Assembly: GCA_053919585.1 (NCBI GenBank)
Contig: CM132787.1
From: Euprymna scolopes
Lineage: Eukaryota
Strand: one strand, 5' to 3'
DNA length: 64,000 bases
In this document: in pieces, positions 13,000 through 27,289 of the stretch
How the letters are laid out: the number at the start of each line of letters is the position of its first letter
Position numbering within the stretch: the stretch's first letter is position 1
Program-made: the position numbers and the translations under genes
Notes under the pieces: model-generated
The model's database searches: none
What the model was told of the DNA's origin: nothing
What the model saw: the letters and a program-made list of their open reading frames with translations, nothing else

Positions 13000-14420
13000 A
13001 CTACCCCGAATGACTTATCGGTTTGTTTTTTATAGCCGTTGGGCGAAACTTGATCATCGATGTGCATAGGATGGATGTAGTTCATTTGTAGACTTTTGAT
13101 TTACAATCTAAAGGCTCCGGATTTGCTTTTTGCCACAGGTAGGCCTGACTTATACACTGACACACAACTCTTGTGCACTTCCGTGCATGTTCGTCACACT
13201 CCTCCCTGATCTCGAGATCACACAAATAATAATGTTAGGCCGTTTTCTCTTAGTACTTCACCTTGATGGTGCTCATGAACTTCCTCAGTGATGTCTTTGT
13301 CTATGGCATCATTAAACTCTTCCGGTTCTCGATCCTTGGATGCGTCATCTTCTTCATCTGTTGTTCATCTGATGAGATAATTTCATCACTAATTACACAG
13401 TTATGTTGGCATGCTGGGCGCACATCTTTTATCTGGCATGGTGTTCCATCAACTGAGATTGAGTGTTGGCTATTGGTTTTTGTTACCGTTCCTGTGCCGA
13501 ATTGCATTGTACATCTTCTCTGCAGATTCTTCACCAAAACCAAATCTCCCTCCTTGTACGGATTAGCAACTGTAGTGTCGGGCATCATAAATACTCTTGA
13601 TATAGATCCTATAAGTATATAGCACATTAGAAGGTGCCATCATGGCTGTCTTGTTGTCTTTAGGTGTGACGTTGTTCCAGTACACTGTCTCTAAGATCAT
13701 GCACCATATTCCTTCTGCAATGTGCTTTATTCTGTGATAAGACCTCTTAATTATTTCGTGTACATGGGCGCACCAAAATCGTCTGTGCACATCCCAAATC
13801 TGTATAAACTCAGCAAATATCTTTTCATAAAAAATGCTGCACTTTTATCCATGAGCAATTCGATTAGTGGCCACCTTTCACAGAATATACTCTCCAACTG
13901 CTTAATGATGCTAGCAGAATCCTATCGGTACAACTCCCTCCAAATGGCAAAACGGCTAGAGCCACAGTCTATCAACGTCAAGTACAACTGTTCCAAAATA
14001 GGTTATATGCATAGCAAGCCTGCTTCAGGTTTCTGTGACATCAAGCCAATCAAACCTACCTGGCTTACAATAATCTATAGACTGGCATTCTTTGCAATCC
14101 CCAACCACCGCCCGTCCCTCAGTTTCAGTTATTAATGAATTGACTAAATTCACAAAGTACCATGCCTTTTTCATATCGAGATATTGTTTGGGATGGCTAA
14201 AGAGATTTGTCAACATGTACTTGCAAATAGGCTCAGCGTAGATCCAGCATTGCACCGTTTGGTCCCTGCTTTCGTCATTTCCTCAATTTTTGTAAGCAAG
14301 CATCCACATTGGCTGTATGCACGTCCACATACTCATTTAGCTCCCGATAATAAGAGTCAAAGATGATGGAAAGCTCGCAGAGAGAAATCACTAATCAGAC
14401 CTTCACTGGATAAGTTCAAA
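13000..14420 (-). mobile_element. Gypsy LTR retrotransposon integrase relic
   Basis: CKECQSID zinc-finger remnant, IIKRSYHRIKHIA..VYWNNVTPKD, NPYKEGDLVLVK; many frameshifts. Confidence 0.75.
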
Positions 14421-16043
14421 GAGAACTGTCATCCAATGCTTATTACCAGCGAGAAGTCAATGGTAAACAGCTGTTGTGATGATGCAAATTCATTTGCAAA
14501 GAGAGGTGGAGAGTTTTTATCAGTGAACAATCTTCGATGATGATCTGCGCTAGAACTCGTAGTGAATACCAACACTAATGGTTGGTAAATAAAACTATTT
14601 TGATTTGATTCCAAATTGAATCGAATAATTACAAAATATTATTTATCATGTCACAATTAAATAAACTTGCATTCTAATTTCAAAGTATTTAATATTACAT
14701 GTGTTAATCTTAAGTCCTATTTTCACAAAATTTCGCCCGATGTAACTTCTGACCTTCTTCGGGTGTCTCTTGTCGAACTCGGCAATCTTTCTGCCAAACT
14801 CAGGAATTCACACAGAGTTCCAAACAGAACGCTTTATTTTATCCATCTCATTAGCCCTTATCCTCGAGTGACATTTAGCTTGATAACTAGTGACTCATGA
14901 GTATAAAATCCTCTCACAATATTATTCATCATTCAACTGTCAATCTATTCATCTCGTTAACACTTATCCTCGCTTATATCATTGAAAAGCGGTAATTCAT
15001 GAGTAAAACAAAAACAAAATAATTTGAATATTTTAAATGAAATTTTTCGTTCTTCTCGTTAATAGAACATAAAACTCCTAGCAAATGAAATCAGTTTTTT
15101 TTTAAAATCGACTGAAGAGTCGCACGTATTTCGCCTTAAGTGAAGATAGCTTATATTAAAAAGAAGTGAAAATTAAAAAGTTGCAACTCTTTCTTTTATG
15201 GTCAGAATCCCGTATTCTTTTTTTGTGTGTGTTGATATCTCGAACAGATTAATACCACGCCCTAATTGCAAGGCCTGACATCGTGTGTCACTGGCTATTT
15301 AATAGCCGTTGTTGGCAATGCAGACAAATGCTTATAAAATCGGAAGAGTCAATAAACTTATATGTGAAAATAAATGACTAAATTGTTGAATACGTTTTCT
15401 GATACCTGCTGCTAATAGATCGGGTTGTCAGAAGATACCAACTTTCTGACCTAAAATGCACCAAACATTGATGTTATTGTTTTTTTCTTTTCCCGTTGCA
15501 AAACTCAAAGTTTTTTTCTTAGAATTTGCCACCATTAGAACTTTGTTCCGCTGGCCTGCATTCCAGCTGACTACATCATAGTCGTCTTCAAGTCCAATGT
15601 AACCAAGTCCTTGCTGAGCCACCCTCTAAATAATCCATGTCTCATTTATTTTTCTGTACATTCCACCTTATCTTCGAGTGGCCTTTAGGCCTTGATAAAT
15701 AATGACTTCCATATTAAACAATTTCCTACCAAAACAAAAATATTTTTCTTTTACAAAACAATATGATTAAATATCTGAAGATATAAAGAACCAGCACCCT
15801 CACCCTATAAAAAAGAACTCCTCGCTACAAAAGCATGTACACATGTTGTAGATGGCCTATGCCCCTCCAGGGGTTCAAGGGCTATGGGACGGGGGGGGGG
15901 GGATTCACTGAGACTTTTTTTGTGATTAACGCTATTATTTAGAAATCCATTATTAACACAAGATGTGGAAACCTTTGTTAATAATTCTGTCACTACACCG
16001 TATTTTGTATACTTATACTTGTATTCCTCTGTTATTTTAAGTG

Positions 16044-18400
16044 TTTTTTTTTTTTTTTTTTTTTTTTTATTACATTTTCACCCCAAACAAGGCAAATTGC
16101 CACTTTGGTGTAGGGGGCTACTATCAGGGGCAACAACTACTGGGGTACTATGTAGGGATTTGGGCAGCAAGGTGTCGGTTCACGTTACACTTGAACTTCT
16201 GCACGTCAGTACTGTTGGGGAAGCAGGGACCTGGAATGGAATTCCAGAGTCTTGCGGTTCTGGGGAAGAAACTATTGGAGTAAAAAGATCTTTTACATCT
16301 AGGGACCTCTACAGTGTGGGGGTGGGATCTAGTAGCCTGTCGGGTTTGTCGAGGGTGCTCGCGTCGTGGGGGCACAAGTGATTGCAGTTCATCAGAGCAT
16401 TCACCACTAAAATACTTGTAGAACAGGCAGAGGGATGCAACATTTCGTCGATGGGACAGAGGCTGAAGCTTAGATGCCAGTTCAGGGCCTATCAGATTTG
16501 CGACTCTCTTTTGAACCTTGTCAAGGAGCGAGAGACTAGTAGCAGATGCACCAGCCCAGATGTGGCAGCAATACTCCATACATGGGCGAATGGTGGCCTT
16601 ATAGAGGTACAGGATACTTTCGGGTGTTAGTAGTTTTCTAGCACGGTAGAGAGAGCCTACCTTTCTTGCAGCGGCCCTGGCAATGCCTTCAATGTAATTG
16701 TTCCAACTCATGTTTCCTGTGAACGTTAGGCCAAGGAGTTTGAAAGATGGACTCTCAGATAAAGGGTCGTTGGCCATTGCTATTGGTGGTAGAGAGGGTT
16801 TCTTGTAATTATTGAATGAAACTAGTTTAGTCTTGGCAGCATTGAACGCGACCAACCACTTTTGTCCCCATTCCACTACAGATTGGAGGTCTTCCTCTAG
16901 TGTTTCTGCCATTTCTTTAGAAATGTGTTCATTCGTCTTCCTGTCGTGTCTGCCATAGAGTGTAGTGTCATCAGCATATATACCCATCTCAGAGGCAATG
17001 TTGTCGGGGAGGTCATTTATGAATATCAGGAACAATAGAGGTCCAAGGATAGAACCCTGGGGCACTCCCGCATTTATATCATATTGTTTAGATGTGCGAC
17101 CGTCGAGGACTACCTGGATTTTTCTCTTATCTAAGAAGGATTTAATTATGTTAAGTATTCTACCAGTGATACCGTAAGATCTAATCTTCCTGAGGAGACC
17201 CTCATGCCATACCCTGTCAAAAGCCTTAGATATATCTAGAGCTACCGCTCTGCCTTCCCCCGCTTTGTCCAGTGATTGGTATATACGTTCAGAGATCACG
17301 GTGAGGATGTCTGCTGTGGAACAGGCTTGTCTAAATCCATATTGTTTGTCAGTCAGTAGTTTAGCATCTGTAAGATGCTGGACTAGAGCATGGTTAATTA
17401 TGGTCTCAAATATTTTGGCAAAAAGTGGGAGGAGGCTAATGGGGCGATAATTTGATGGGTCTGTCCTTTCGCCAGAATTCTTGAATACTGGTACAACAGA
17501 AGCAGTTTTCCAACAGCCCGGAAAGCAAGCTTCATTAAGACATTTGTTGTAGAGTTTGGAGAGAACTGGAGCTACTTCGGCTGAGCACTTTTTTAATAGC
17601 ACAGCTGGGATAAGATCGGGTCCACATGCTTTTGAGGTGTCAAGGTTTTTTATGATAGCATGCACCTGAGCAGGGGTGGTTTTCAGATCGTCTAGTGTGG
17701 CGTCTGTCCGCATAGGAAAGTCAGGTAGGGGGTGGTTGGAAGGGTCCAGTGTGGAGTTTGAGGCAAACCGACTGGCAAGCATGTTAGCCTTGTCGGTTGC
17801 TGAGGAGACAACCTCGTGATTGTTGGTTAGTGGGGGAATTGTTGATTGCCCATTATTTACTACACTGTTGTAGATTTTCCAGAAGTCTCGAGTTCCTAGT
17901 TTTTGTGCTTCGATGCGCTTTTTAGTGGTTTCCGTAAATTCTCTCTTAGCTGTCGCTATTTCTTTCTTAACGTTATTTCTAGCTTCTATATACTTCAGTC
18001 TGTTTGAACTGGACTTATGTCGGTTAAACCTACGGTATGCATGCTGCTTTTGAGTAATGGCAGTTGCACAAGTCGACGTAAACCATTGGGGAGAGTGGGG
18101 CTTACTATAAAATTTCCGCATGGGAACATGCGCTTCGATTGCAGTTTTGAACCAGTCAGTGGTCTCGTTTGCACACTGTTCAGCAGGGAGAGAGAAAATA
18201 TTTTTCCATGGAGCATCTCTAATTAGTTCCCTGATGGCTTCCCAGTCAGCCTTATTATAATATCTCGTTGTTTTGAGCACTGGCTCTTCAGTTTTGGGAC
18301 TAGAGTTTAGGGCGATTTCAACCATTATCACTGCATGATCAGCGTTCCCGAGTGGGCTGTGGGCCTTCGCTATGCAGTCATCGGGAACTGTGGTCAAAAA
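16044..18400 (-). mobile_element. Young 5'-truncated CR1/Zenon-type LINE
   Basis: Intact ORF, 3' UTR with GGCAA-T-TTGCC stem-loop, ~25-nt poly(A), possible target-site duplication AAGTGTT. Confidence 0.95.
16148..18397 (-). CDS. LINE ORF2 reverse transcriptase (end of APE domain plus RT plus C-terminus; true start missing)
   Basis: 749 aa open: PLGNADH, NYRPISLL, QYGFR, LDISKAFDRV, GVPQGSILGP, YADD, MEYCCHIWAG. Confidence 0.92.
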   Translation of the reverse strand: MTTVPDDCIAKAHSPLGNADHAVIMVEIALNSSPKTEEPVLKTTRYYNKADWEAIRELIRDAPWKNIFSLPAEQCANETTDWFKTAIEAHVPMRKFYSKPHSPQWFTSTCATAITQKQHAYRRFNRHKSSSNRLKYIEARNNVKKEIATAKREFTETTKKRIEAQKLGTRDFWKIYNSVVNNGQSTIPPLTNNHEVVSSATDKANMLASRFASNSTLDPSNHPLPDFPMRTDATLDDLKTTPAQVHAIIKNLDTSKACGPDLIPAVLLKKCSAEVAPVLSKLYNKCLNEACFPGCWKTASVVPVFKNSGERTDPSNYRPISLLPLFAKIFETIINHALVQHLTDAKLLTDKQYGFRQACSTADILTVISERIYQSLDKAGEGRAVALDISKAFDRVWHEGLLRKIRSYGITGRILNIIKSFLDKRKIQVVLDGRTSKQYDINAGVPQGSILGPLLFLIFINDLPDNIASEMGIYADDTTLYGRHDRKTNEHISKEMAETLEEDLQSVVEWGQKWLVAFNAAKTKLVSFNNYKKPSLPPIAMANDPLSESPSFKLLGLTFTGNMSWNNYIEGIARAAARKVGSLYRARKLLTPESILYLYKATIRPCMEYCCHIWAGASATSLSLLDKVQKRVANLIGPELASKLQPLSHRRNVASLCLFYKYFSGECSDELQSLVPPRREHPRQTRQATRSHPHTVEVPRCKRSFYSNSFFPRTARLWNSIPGPCFPNSTDVQKFKCNVNRHLAAQIPT

Positions 18401-18957
18401 GTGTTGCTAAAACTCTTTAAAGCACACTCCGAGTGACACTTGCGCAACACATATTTGGTCATCATTTGGAAACTTTTACTTCTGCTGTTCGGAAACATAA
18501 TAAAAAATGACGTAAAATCATCGAGTAGTTTCATTTGTAAATAAGAAATAATGTACTTGTACAGTATTCTACCCAGGAGATAAGGTGCTTGTACAGTATA
18601 GTACCTATATGAGAAAATCTTACCCGTGATGTACATAAACGTTATTAAAACAAAAAATCATGTAAAATTATCGAGTAGTATGACTTCTAAATAAGAAACA
18701 AGATGCTTTTCAACGCCTTTCAGGTGAAAACATTATTACGTACTTAAATGTCATGTCGAAATAAGTAAAACCATAGGATGCTTTTGTTGATTAGGGATCT
18801 TTTATTTCTCTTACGTGTCATATATTTGTATAAATTAGTATAAATTCTAAAAAACTATTGAAAATGCATCAATAGAAATTATTATAGGAAAACCATCGGG
18901 TGCTTATATTGATTAGGGATTATTTAATCCAACACATTTCTGGTGAGAACATTATTA

Positions 18958-20355
18958 CAGTGCAAACCAAATTATTATGCAAATGGTTTTTCTTTTTAAA
19001 TTTTTATTCGTTACATATTAATGTAAGCTCCTCGTGCTTTCTTTGGTATATTGCTGGACTAGTTATGCAAAGATTTGTATAAAGATTCGATTCCAAAATG
19101 TTACCTAGAGTAAAATATATAAAAAAAATTGATTTTCAATTGAACCAAGTTCTTATGCCAACAATTGTATAAACATTTATTCCAGGTATAACATCACAAT
19201 AAAGCATCAAAATTAGTACAATTATAATAAAAAGTCAGAATTATGAAAGCCAGCAACCAAGAAATATCTGTTTTGAAACAATGTGATGTCCTTCACTTGC
19301 TTTCTTCTCCATCAGAAAAAGAAATCTGTCATCCATCAATGATGTCAAATTTTCAATTTCAGTTGATTTAATGGATTTTGCTGCCTTCAAGATATTCTCC
19401 CATAAGTTATCTTTTAATGTATACTGTTTACCATTTTAATAAACTCGCCTTTTCAAGATAGCCCAGAGGTTCTCTGTGCAATTTAAACCAGGGCAGCAAG
19501 CAGGTCACTCCATAACACAATCTTTTTTTATCCTTTCGATGCTAACAACTCAGCAATGGTTGCAGATGCATGGCTAGATGCATTATCATGCACAAACATC
19601 AATTTCTTACGTTGAAAAACAGGTTTCTTCTTTTGCCTATTCAAGAAATTTTTTCTAAAAATTGGCAATAGTTAACGGAGTTCATTTTAACTCCCTCAGC
19701 AACTCATTTTTCATGATCCTTTCCGAAATTATCACTCCACCTCCACCTTGCTGCACTGCAATGGAGCATTGAATCCTTCAGCAACCCAACCACTTGCCCA
19801 ACCATCAAGACTTGCTCTCGTTTTATTTGTCCAAATTACCGAACTGAAATCCAATTTCATGTACTTTTTGCGCCAAACAAATCATTGATCTTTGTGTGGT
19901 TGCTTCATTGGTCTTTTTTGTGCTTTTAAAAAACTTTTCCAAGCGTTTTCAGGACATGATTGCGGGAAGTCTTGGGGAGTATCACCAAGTCACACTGCAG
20001 AAAGGATGCTGGAACTTGAGCTAAAGGGCTGCTTGGCCATTTCCCTTTTTACATCAAATATGTCACGATAAGTGCTTTTTCATTGCTCTTCAGATTCTTC
20101 TTTTTATCCATTTTTAACTTACAATGTATTGATACGTTATAGTTTGTAAATTTGCATAATTATTTGGTTCAGGCTATTTTCATTAAAATCCATTTTTATT
20201 CAAAGTATGGCTTCTGACCTTTTATTGTATTTTCGCGATACAATTTTGAATAGGGATTGCTTGGATGCCACTAGATCCCAATCAGAATATTTTCGGATGT
20301 AAAAAAACAAAAAACAAAAAAAAAAACGATTTGCAAAATAATTTGGTTCGCACTG
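18958..20355 (-). mobile_element. Tc1-like transposon, full-length but decayed
   Basis: TIRs CAGTGCAAACCAAATTATTATGCAAAT / ATTTGCAAAATAATTTGGTTCGCACTG, TA on both sides; minus-strand FVHDNASSH and CPGLNCTENLWAILK motifs. Confidence 0.88.
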
Positions 20356-21368
20356 TACCTAATTACTTGTCATGTCTAAAATAAAAAAATTAAGGAAAAT
20401 TTATGAATCAAAAACTAATAGATTATTAGTGTGATTTTATAGGTTGGTGATACTTGAAACTGAGGCATTTCAAGTGAAAACACTATTAATTACTTACGTG
20501 TCATGAAATTAATAGAAATTACAAAAAAAAATATGAATAGAAAAATATGGCTTCTAAGTTTTATTTTTTTACTTCTAACTTAAAAAAAAATCTATTCTAG
20601 GTGAGTAAACTTGGTTTTAGTAGTGCTTGTAAAGCCTCCTTATTTTTATTAAGTTTTTATTGCAGTTAAGGAAGCCTCCTACGTTTTATTTTATCCAGTG
20701 CCCACCTAAACAAATAATTTTTCCTTTAGCAGAGTGGTAGAAACTAGTAGTACTCTAGGTGCTCCTTACTTTTATTTTGTGCTTGTACTAGGGCACTGGA
20801 GGCCTTCTGAGTGTTATTTCTTTTGGTTCTCACTTAAAAAATAACTTCTCCACTAGCAGGGTTTTAGAAATTTGGTTTTAGTAATGCTTTGGGTGCCTCC
20901 TGATATTTTTCACAGCTCACTAATGAAATTGTTTTTGCTTTATTCATTATATTTTACTTCAATTGCTCCATAAACATGGCATTAAAACAAATGAGTTCCA
21001 GGATAAGGATAATGGCAGATAAAGAAATAAGTTTTAACAGAAATATGTTAAGCATTCATTTTTTAATACTGCGTTGTTATGTACGACCACGGTCAATAAA
21101 CTGAAACAAACTCTAGAGCAATAATTTTTTCATAAAGTAGGACACCTGGTAAATAATATATACTACATAAAATAGTGATTAATTTAATAGATGTATCAGG
21201 TGTGTGCAATAACGCAGTAGGCCACTTTCAACGTGGTAAATGCTGAATTCAAATATACTCAATACTCTAAATATAGATGATATGTGTAATAATATGTTTT
21301 GACTCTTATTAAGCTTCATGTGGAAGTGTACAGTCTTCAATAACCTAGTATGAATATATATACGAGCT

Positions 21369-21425
<57 letters not shown>

Positions 21426-22429
21426 AAAGTAGATATACAAAGAAGAAATAGAAGGAAAGAAGAGAGGTGAGAAGATAGAAGGTTTAATTGTATATGGTAT
21501 TTAAAAAAAAATATGTAAAATGTGTCAATAATTTTTATTACAGAAAATTGTACTCTTTCATCCAAACAGAACATTGAAACGAAAAATAATTTCAACTTTT
21601 GACAGGCATGCAAAAGCATATTGACTTAAAAAATTTTTAATCCAAAACTTGAGTAAAAAAATAATCTTAAAAATATGATACAAGTTAGAAAAGCATTTCT
21701 TTCAAGGCACGAAAATGGTTATAAACAAAACGTTTTCATTACAAACTTTAAAAATTAAAGAACAGATTTTAATGAAATTCTTCAATTTTCAAAACTTTAA
21801 AGTAAAATATAAAATTTTAATTTAAAATGAATCTAAAAATTACAATGGATTTATTCTATGTTATGCACTTTTCAAAAATATTGAAAATTATGTATCTCTA
21901 TCATTAATTGCTAAATAATAAATAAATTTAATTTCTTTTAAATTCACTCTTTTGATAAAAATGTTAATAAACTCAAATTTGCCATGGGTTATTGGGTTTT
22001 ATGTGAAGAAAACTAATTTTAATGCACTATGCAGAAAATTATTAGCTTTATCAAAACATAATTGTTGATTTCTCATTCTGTGGAATTTCCACGGGTTCTG
22101 CTAGTTTTCATAATTATACGTATTTACATTTAAACACTTTTTAATTTTAGCATTCATCTTAACTTTTATTAATTTCCTCAAAAATGTTAAGTATTAAATG
22201 TTAAAGAAAAGGGAAACATGATGGGACGCAGATGCGTTTTAAAACAAACATTTGCTGCAGTTGTTGCTTATGGCTGGTGAGTGATCAAGAAACGAATAAA
22301 AAAACGATAAGGTGAAAAAAGAAATTTGTGAAAGGAAGCGAAATGTTCACAGGGGAGATAATTAAGTTCTGTTGCTTATGTCACGTGACGAACATAATTA
22401 AAAATGTCACACAAAATTTATTCCCATAG

Positions 22430-23985
22430 AAATAGTGAAAGAATATATCGAAACCACCAGAACATGCATCGAAGCACAGACATTAGGAAGCTGTGATTTT
22501 TGGAAAATCTACAACAGTATAGTAAATAATAGGCAATCAACAATTCCTCCACTATCCAATAATCATGAGGTTGTTTGCACGGGAACCGAGAAGGCTAACA
22601 TGCTTGCTAGTCAGTTTGCCTCAAACTCCACATTAGAACCAGCAAACCACTCCCTCCCTAACTTTCCTTTGCGGACAGATGCTACACTTGATGATCTGAA
22701 AATCACCCCTTCTCAGGTGCATGATATCATAAAAAACCATGACACCTCAAAGCATGTGGACCTGATCTCATCCTGGCTGTGCTATTAAAAAATGCTCCAC
22801 TGAGGTTGCTCCATTTCTCCAAACTTTACAACAAATGCCTTAACGAATCTTGCTTTCCTGCGGAAAACTACCTCTGTGGTACCAAGAATTCTGGTGAAAG
22901 AACCGACCCATTAAATTATTGTCCCATTAGCCTCCTCCAGCTTTTTGCCAAAATATTTGAGTCCATAATAAACCAGGCTCTAGTCCATAACCTTACAACT
23001 GCTAAATTTCTGACCGACCAACAATATGGATTTTGGCAAGTTCGTTCTACAGCAGATATCATAACTGTAATCTCTGAACGTATATACCATACACTGGACA
23101 AAACAGAGGAGGGTAGAGCGGTAGCCCTAGATATATCTAAGACTTTTGACAGGATATGACACAATGGTCTTCTCATGAAAATCAGATCATATGGTATCAT
23201 TGGACAAATACTTAATATAATTAAATCCTTCTTAAATAAGAGAAAAATCCAGGTTGTTCTCGACGGTCATACATCTAAACAATATGATATAAATGCAGGA
23301 ATACCTCAGGGGTCTATCCTGGGACCATAATTATTCCTAATATTCATAAATGATTTCCCTGATAAAATTGTCTCAGAGATGGGTATATACGTTGATGACA
23401 CCTCTCTACAACAGGTATGATGAGAAAACAAATGAACACATATCTAAGGAAATGGCAGAAACACTAGAGGATGACCTCCAATCTGTAGAATGGATGGTCA
23501 CATTCAATACTGCCAAGACTAAGCTTATTTCCTTCAATAATTACAAGAAACCTTCTCAACAACCAATAGCAATGGCGAAAGACACATTATCTGAAAGTAC
23601 TGTTGCATCACTCTGCCTGTTCTATAAGTATTTTGATGGTGAATGCGCCAACGAACTACAAGCACTTGTACCCTCTCAACATAAATATCCCTGACAAACC
23701 CAACAAGTAGCGAAATCTCACCCCTACACAGTAGAGATCCCTAGATGTAAGAAAGCCTCCTATCCCAATACTTTGTTCCCCAGAACTTCTAGAATTTGGA
23801 ATTTCCTTCCAGGATTCTGCTTTTCCAACTATACTGACATGTAGAATCTCAAGTGTAATGTGAACAGACATCTTGCTGCTCAACTCCCTACATTGTATCC
23901 ATGCAACTTATGTCCCTGACAGTAGTTCTCTACATCAAAGTGGTATTGTGCCTTGTTTGGGGTGAAAATGGAATAAAAAAAAATA
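22430..23985 (+). mobile_element. CR1/Zenon LINE copy with frameshifts and an internal deletion
   Basis: ORFs 22435, 22779 and 23350 are collinear with the 749-aa ORF; 3' UTR and A tail present. Confidence 0.93.
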
Positions 23986-24196
23986 CAGACACAAAAAAAA
24001 GAACAACAAAAAACAAAAAAACAAAAAACAAAAAAACAAAAAACAAAAAACAAACAAATTTGACTTCTTTGAAATTACTGTTTTCTATAATCTTTGGATA
24101 TGTTACTATTTGATACCTGACAATGACGTAGGTAACACTTGTTTCACTTGAAATTCAATATATTTTTTGTTTGCATAATATAGAAGCACCTATTTG

Positions 24197-24280
<84 letters not shown>

Positions 24281-24789
24281 TACATCTGATAAATTTGAAC
24301 TATCACCCATCCACAGTTTTAAAATTTTTTTGAAATTCAAGAAATTCATGTCTTTTAAAATTATTTAAAGAACTATACTTTTATTTAATGTAGCGTTCAA
24401 ATTTCACCTTCAAAATATTCAACTACTTGTGGTACCAATGACAAAATATGTGTGATTAAAAACAGGTAGTCAAACAATTTAATATACAGTTACATATGAC
24501 AAAATAGTATACAAAGCCGGGAGATAATGGTAACCAAAAGCACAAAAGCAATAACCAGCAATAAATAATAAAAAAAAAATAAATAAATAAAAAAAAAAAA
24601 AAAAAAAATCCAGAAATGAAATAATCCAAACCGAAACAGTGAAAACGTGAAAACGTAAAAATAATGGATAAAGGTACGTAACTCTGCAAGGTATTTAAAT
24701 TTTAAAATTTTCAAGAAATTATTATTAATACTCAAACAATGAATTAGTTTTAATGTTATTTATTTATTTGAGGATTGCTTTCCATACCT

Positions 24790-24945
24790 CCATAGTTATT
24801 GTTTCGACCAACTATTCCTTTGGCCTTCGTCATTTTTTTAATTGTATCCTCGGTAATTTCATAGTTGTTGTTGTTGTTGTTGTTGTCTCACGAGGTTTTA
24901 CCCAACTAATACTCTGGCCGGCTTTGAATAGGATTGTAATCGTTA
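24790..24945 (-). mobile_element. Partial copy of the 61.8 kb HHR fold-back family
   Basis: Reverse complement of 24801-24832 is TGACGAA-GGCCA-AAGGAATAGT-TGGTC-GAAAC; also shares CTCTGGCCGGCTTTG..TAGGATTG. Confidence 0.7.
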
Positions 24946-26139
24946 TCTTGAAACAATGCTTACCTGGAACTATAGAGAAATAACTGCCTCTGTCCCATGC
25001 GTGACATGCCCCAAAGGTCGATCACGGTGGATTTTTTAGTATATAATTTCAAGTTTTTCTTTCTTATCTTTTTTACGGTTTTATTATAAAATTTATAGAG
25101 GAATTGAAAAATTAATTTTAAGATTAAAAAAAAATATTAATTAATTAAGGTAATCCTATTTGTTGTAATAAATAAGAATTGGTTGTGTGATTTGAATTTT
25201 TAGTTACTTTTTTTTTTCGTGGTGACGCAATTTATTTTCAAACGATAAATGAAATTAATCATTTTTAAATTAAAGTAAAAATGCATTTGAAGTGTAAAAA
25301 ATGTCAATTAAAATCGCTGATTACACTTAAATTTATTCATTGAAAAAAATAAGCAAAAACAATTTAATAATTAAAGAAAATACAACGAGTCTGTTTCCTT
25401 TGATTTTTTTTTTTTTTTTTTTTACAATTTTGCCCATCCGTATTTGTCTAAATTAATTGTTATTAAAAATAATACCATTTTTTAAATTATTTTTTTCTTA
25501 GTGATCCTGGATCTCGATTTTGTTTCAATATTTTTTATTTTCAGGATTATAAAAAAATTCTTACGCTCATGTTTGCATAATGCATACAAGAAAAATATTA
25601 TAATATTACATTTGAAAATTTTGTGAGAATTGTTATTAAAATTACATGAAATATTTTTTTTTCAATTATATTATTTTGGGGCAAAATATTCAATACACAT
25701 TACTTAATTCAATGGTAATATCGATCGTTCGAGATATTAATTTTTCTTCTAATTATATTGATTGTAGTTTTTTTTTCATAATGTTCCTGAAATGTTAAAA
25801 AAATTGTTTAAATTGTTAACAGCTGCAATGATTTATACTTTTTAAAAAACAAACATAAATTCATGCATCTTTTTTTTTAAAAGTTGTTTTTGTTTATAAA
25901 AATAATACAACAAAAATTAAAATAATACAAAAATTAAAAACAAAATAATGGATTCATTATATTCTGTGATAGTTAATTAATAAATACTGAAAATGTCATT
26001 AAAATTGGTTGATTTCCTGAAATTTAGTGAATAGTTAAATGAAGGGGCCATTTTCGGGATCGGCTATTCATTTTGCATGTATATATATATTATATGATTA
26101 CTTAATTTGAATTTAAATTTTAATTTGTTGAATCCTGCT

Positions 26140-27280
26140 TCTCTAATAGTTGGAAGATGGTTTTTGGTGTATCAGTGTACAAGAATTCTTGTGACAGGAC
26201 CGACTCTCTCAATTATAAATCTCCTCCCCCTCTTCGCTAAAATATTTGAGACGTTAATCCATCAAGCATTAGTCTACCACCTTGCAAAAGCTAATCTTGT
26301 TTCTGACAAACAGTACAGATTTAGGCAATGCATTCTACTGCAGATATTTTAACAATCATCTCTGAACGTATATACCATGCACCGGCTAAGGCCGGCTAAG
26401 TCAGGGCTGTAGCCTTCGATATATCTAAAGAGTTTGACAAAAGCTGCTAAGTAAAATTAAATCATACGCTATAACTGGACGAATATTAAATATAATTAGA
26501 TCCTTCTTAGACAATAGGGTCATCCAAGTTGTCATTGATGGATTAATGCAGGAGTGCCTCAGAGGTCGATCCTGAAACCACTATTATTCCAGATATTCAT
26601 CAATGAACTTCCTGATAATATTGTGTCTGAGATGGGTATATTTGCTGATGACACAACGCTCTATAATAGGCACGAGGAAGGAACGGATGTTCATAAATCT
26701 AAGACAATGGCTGAATCCTTAGAAAATGACCCCAGGCCATTGTGGAATGGGGCTGTAAATGGATGGTAACATTTAATGCGAGTAAGACTAAGCTGCTCTT
26801 TTTTAATAATTACAAGAAGCCTCTCCAACCACCGATATCGATGACAAATAACTCCTTACCTAAGAATATTCTGTACTTCTACAAAGCCATCATTCACCCA
26901 TGCATGGAGTATTGTTACCACATCTGGGCTGGTACATCTACCATTACTCTCCCTCTTGGATAGGGTCAAAAAAAGGGTTTGCAATCTAATAGGTCCCACT
27001 TTATCAACTAGGCTCCAACCCCTGTCGCATCACGACAATGTTGCATTCTTGTGCCTGTTTTACAAATATTTTAATGGAATGTGCTCTGATGAATCCATTG
27101 CAATTGTGCTCCCTCAACGCACATATCCCCGATAAACCTGCTTAGCAGCAAAATCGCACCCCTTCACTGTTGAGATTCGTAAATGCCAGAAACTTTTCTA
27201 CTCTAATAGCTTCTTCCCTAGAACAGCTAGACTTGGAATTCCCCTTCCTCCTACCTGCTTCCCTAACTGTACTGATATAA
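26140..27280 (+). mobile_element. Decayed CR1/Zenon LINE
   Basis: LLPLFAKIFE, FADD and MEYCYHIWAG motifs. Confidence 0.88.
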
Positions 27281-27289
27281 AGAATATTA

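Noticed and set aside
16385-16397. CTGATGA/CTGACGA motifs inside LINE copies
   Set aside because: They are codons for CSDEL or YADD with no downstream stem II-GAAA.
15965-18226. Plus-strand ORFs overlapping the LINE (also 112-721)
   Set aside because: Antisense shadows of the LINE ORF.
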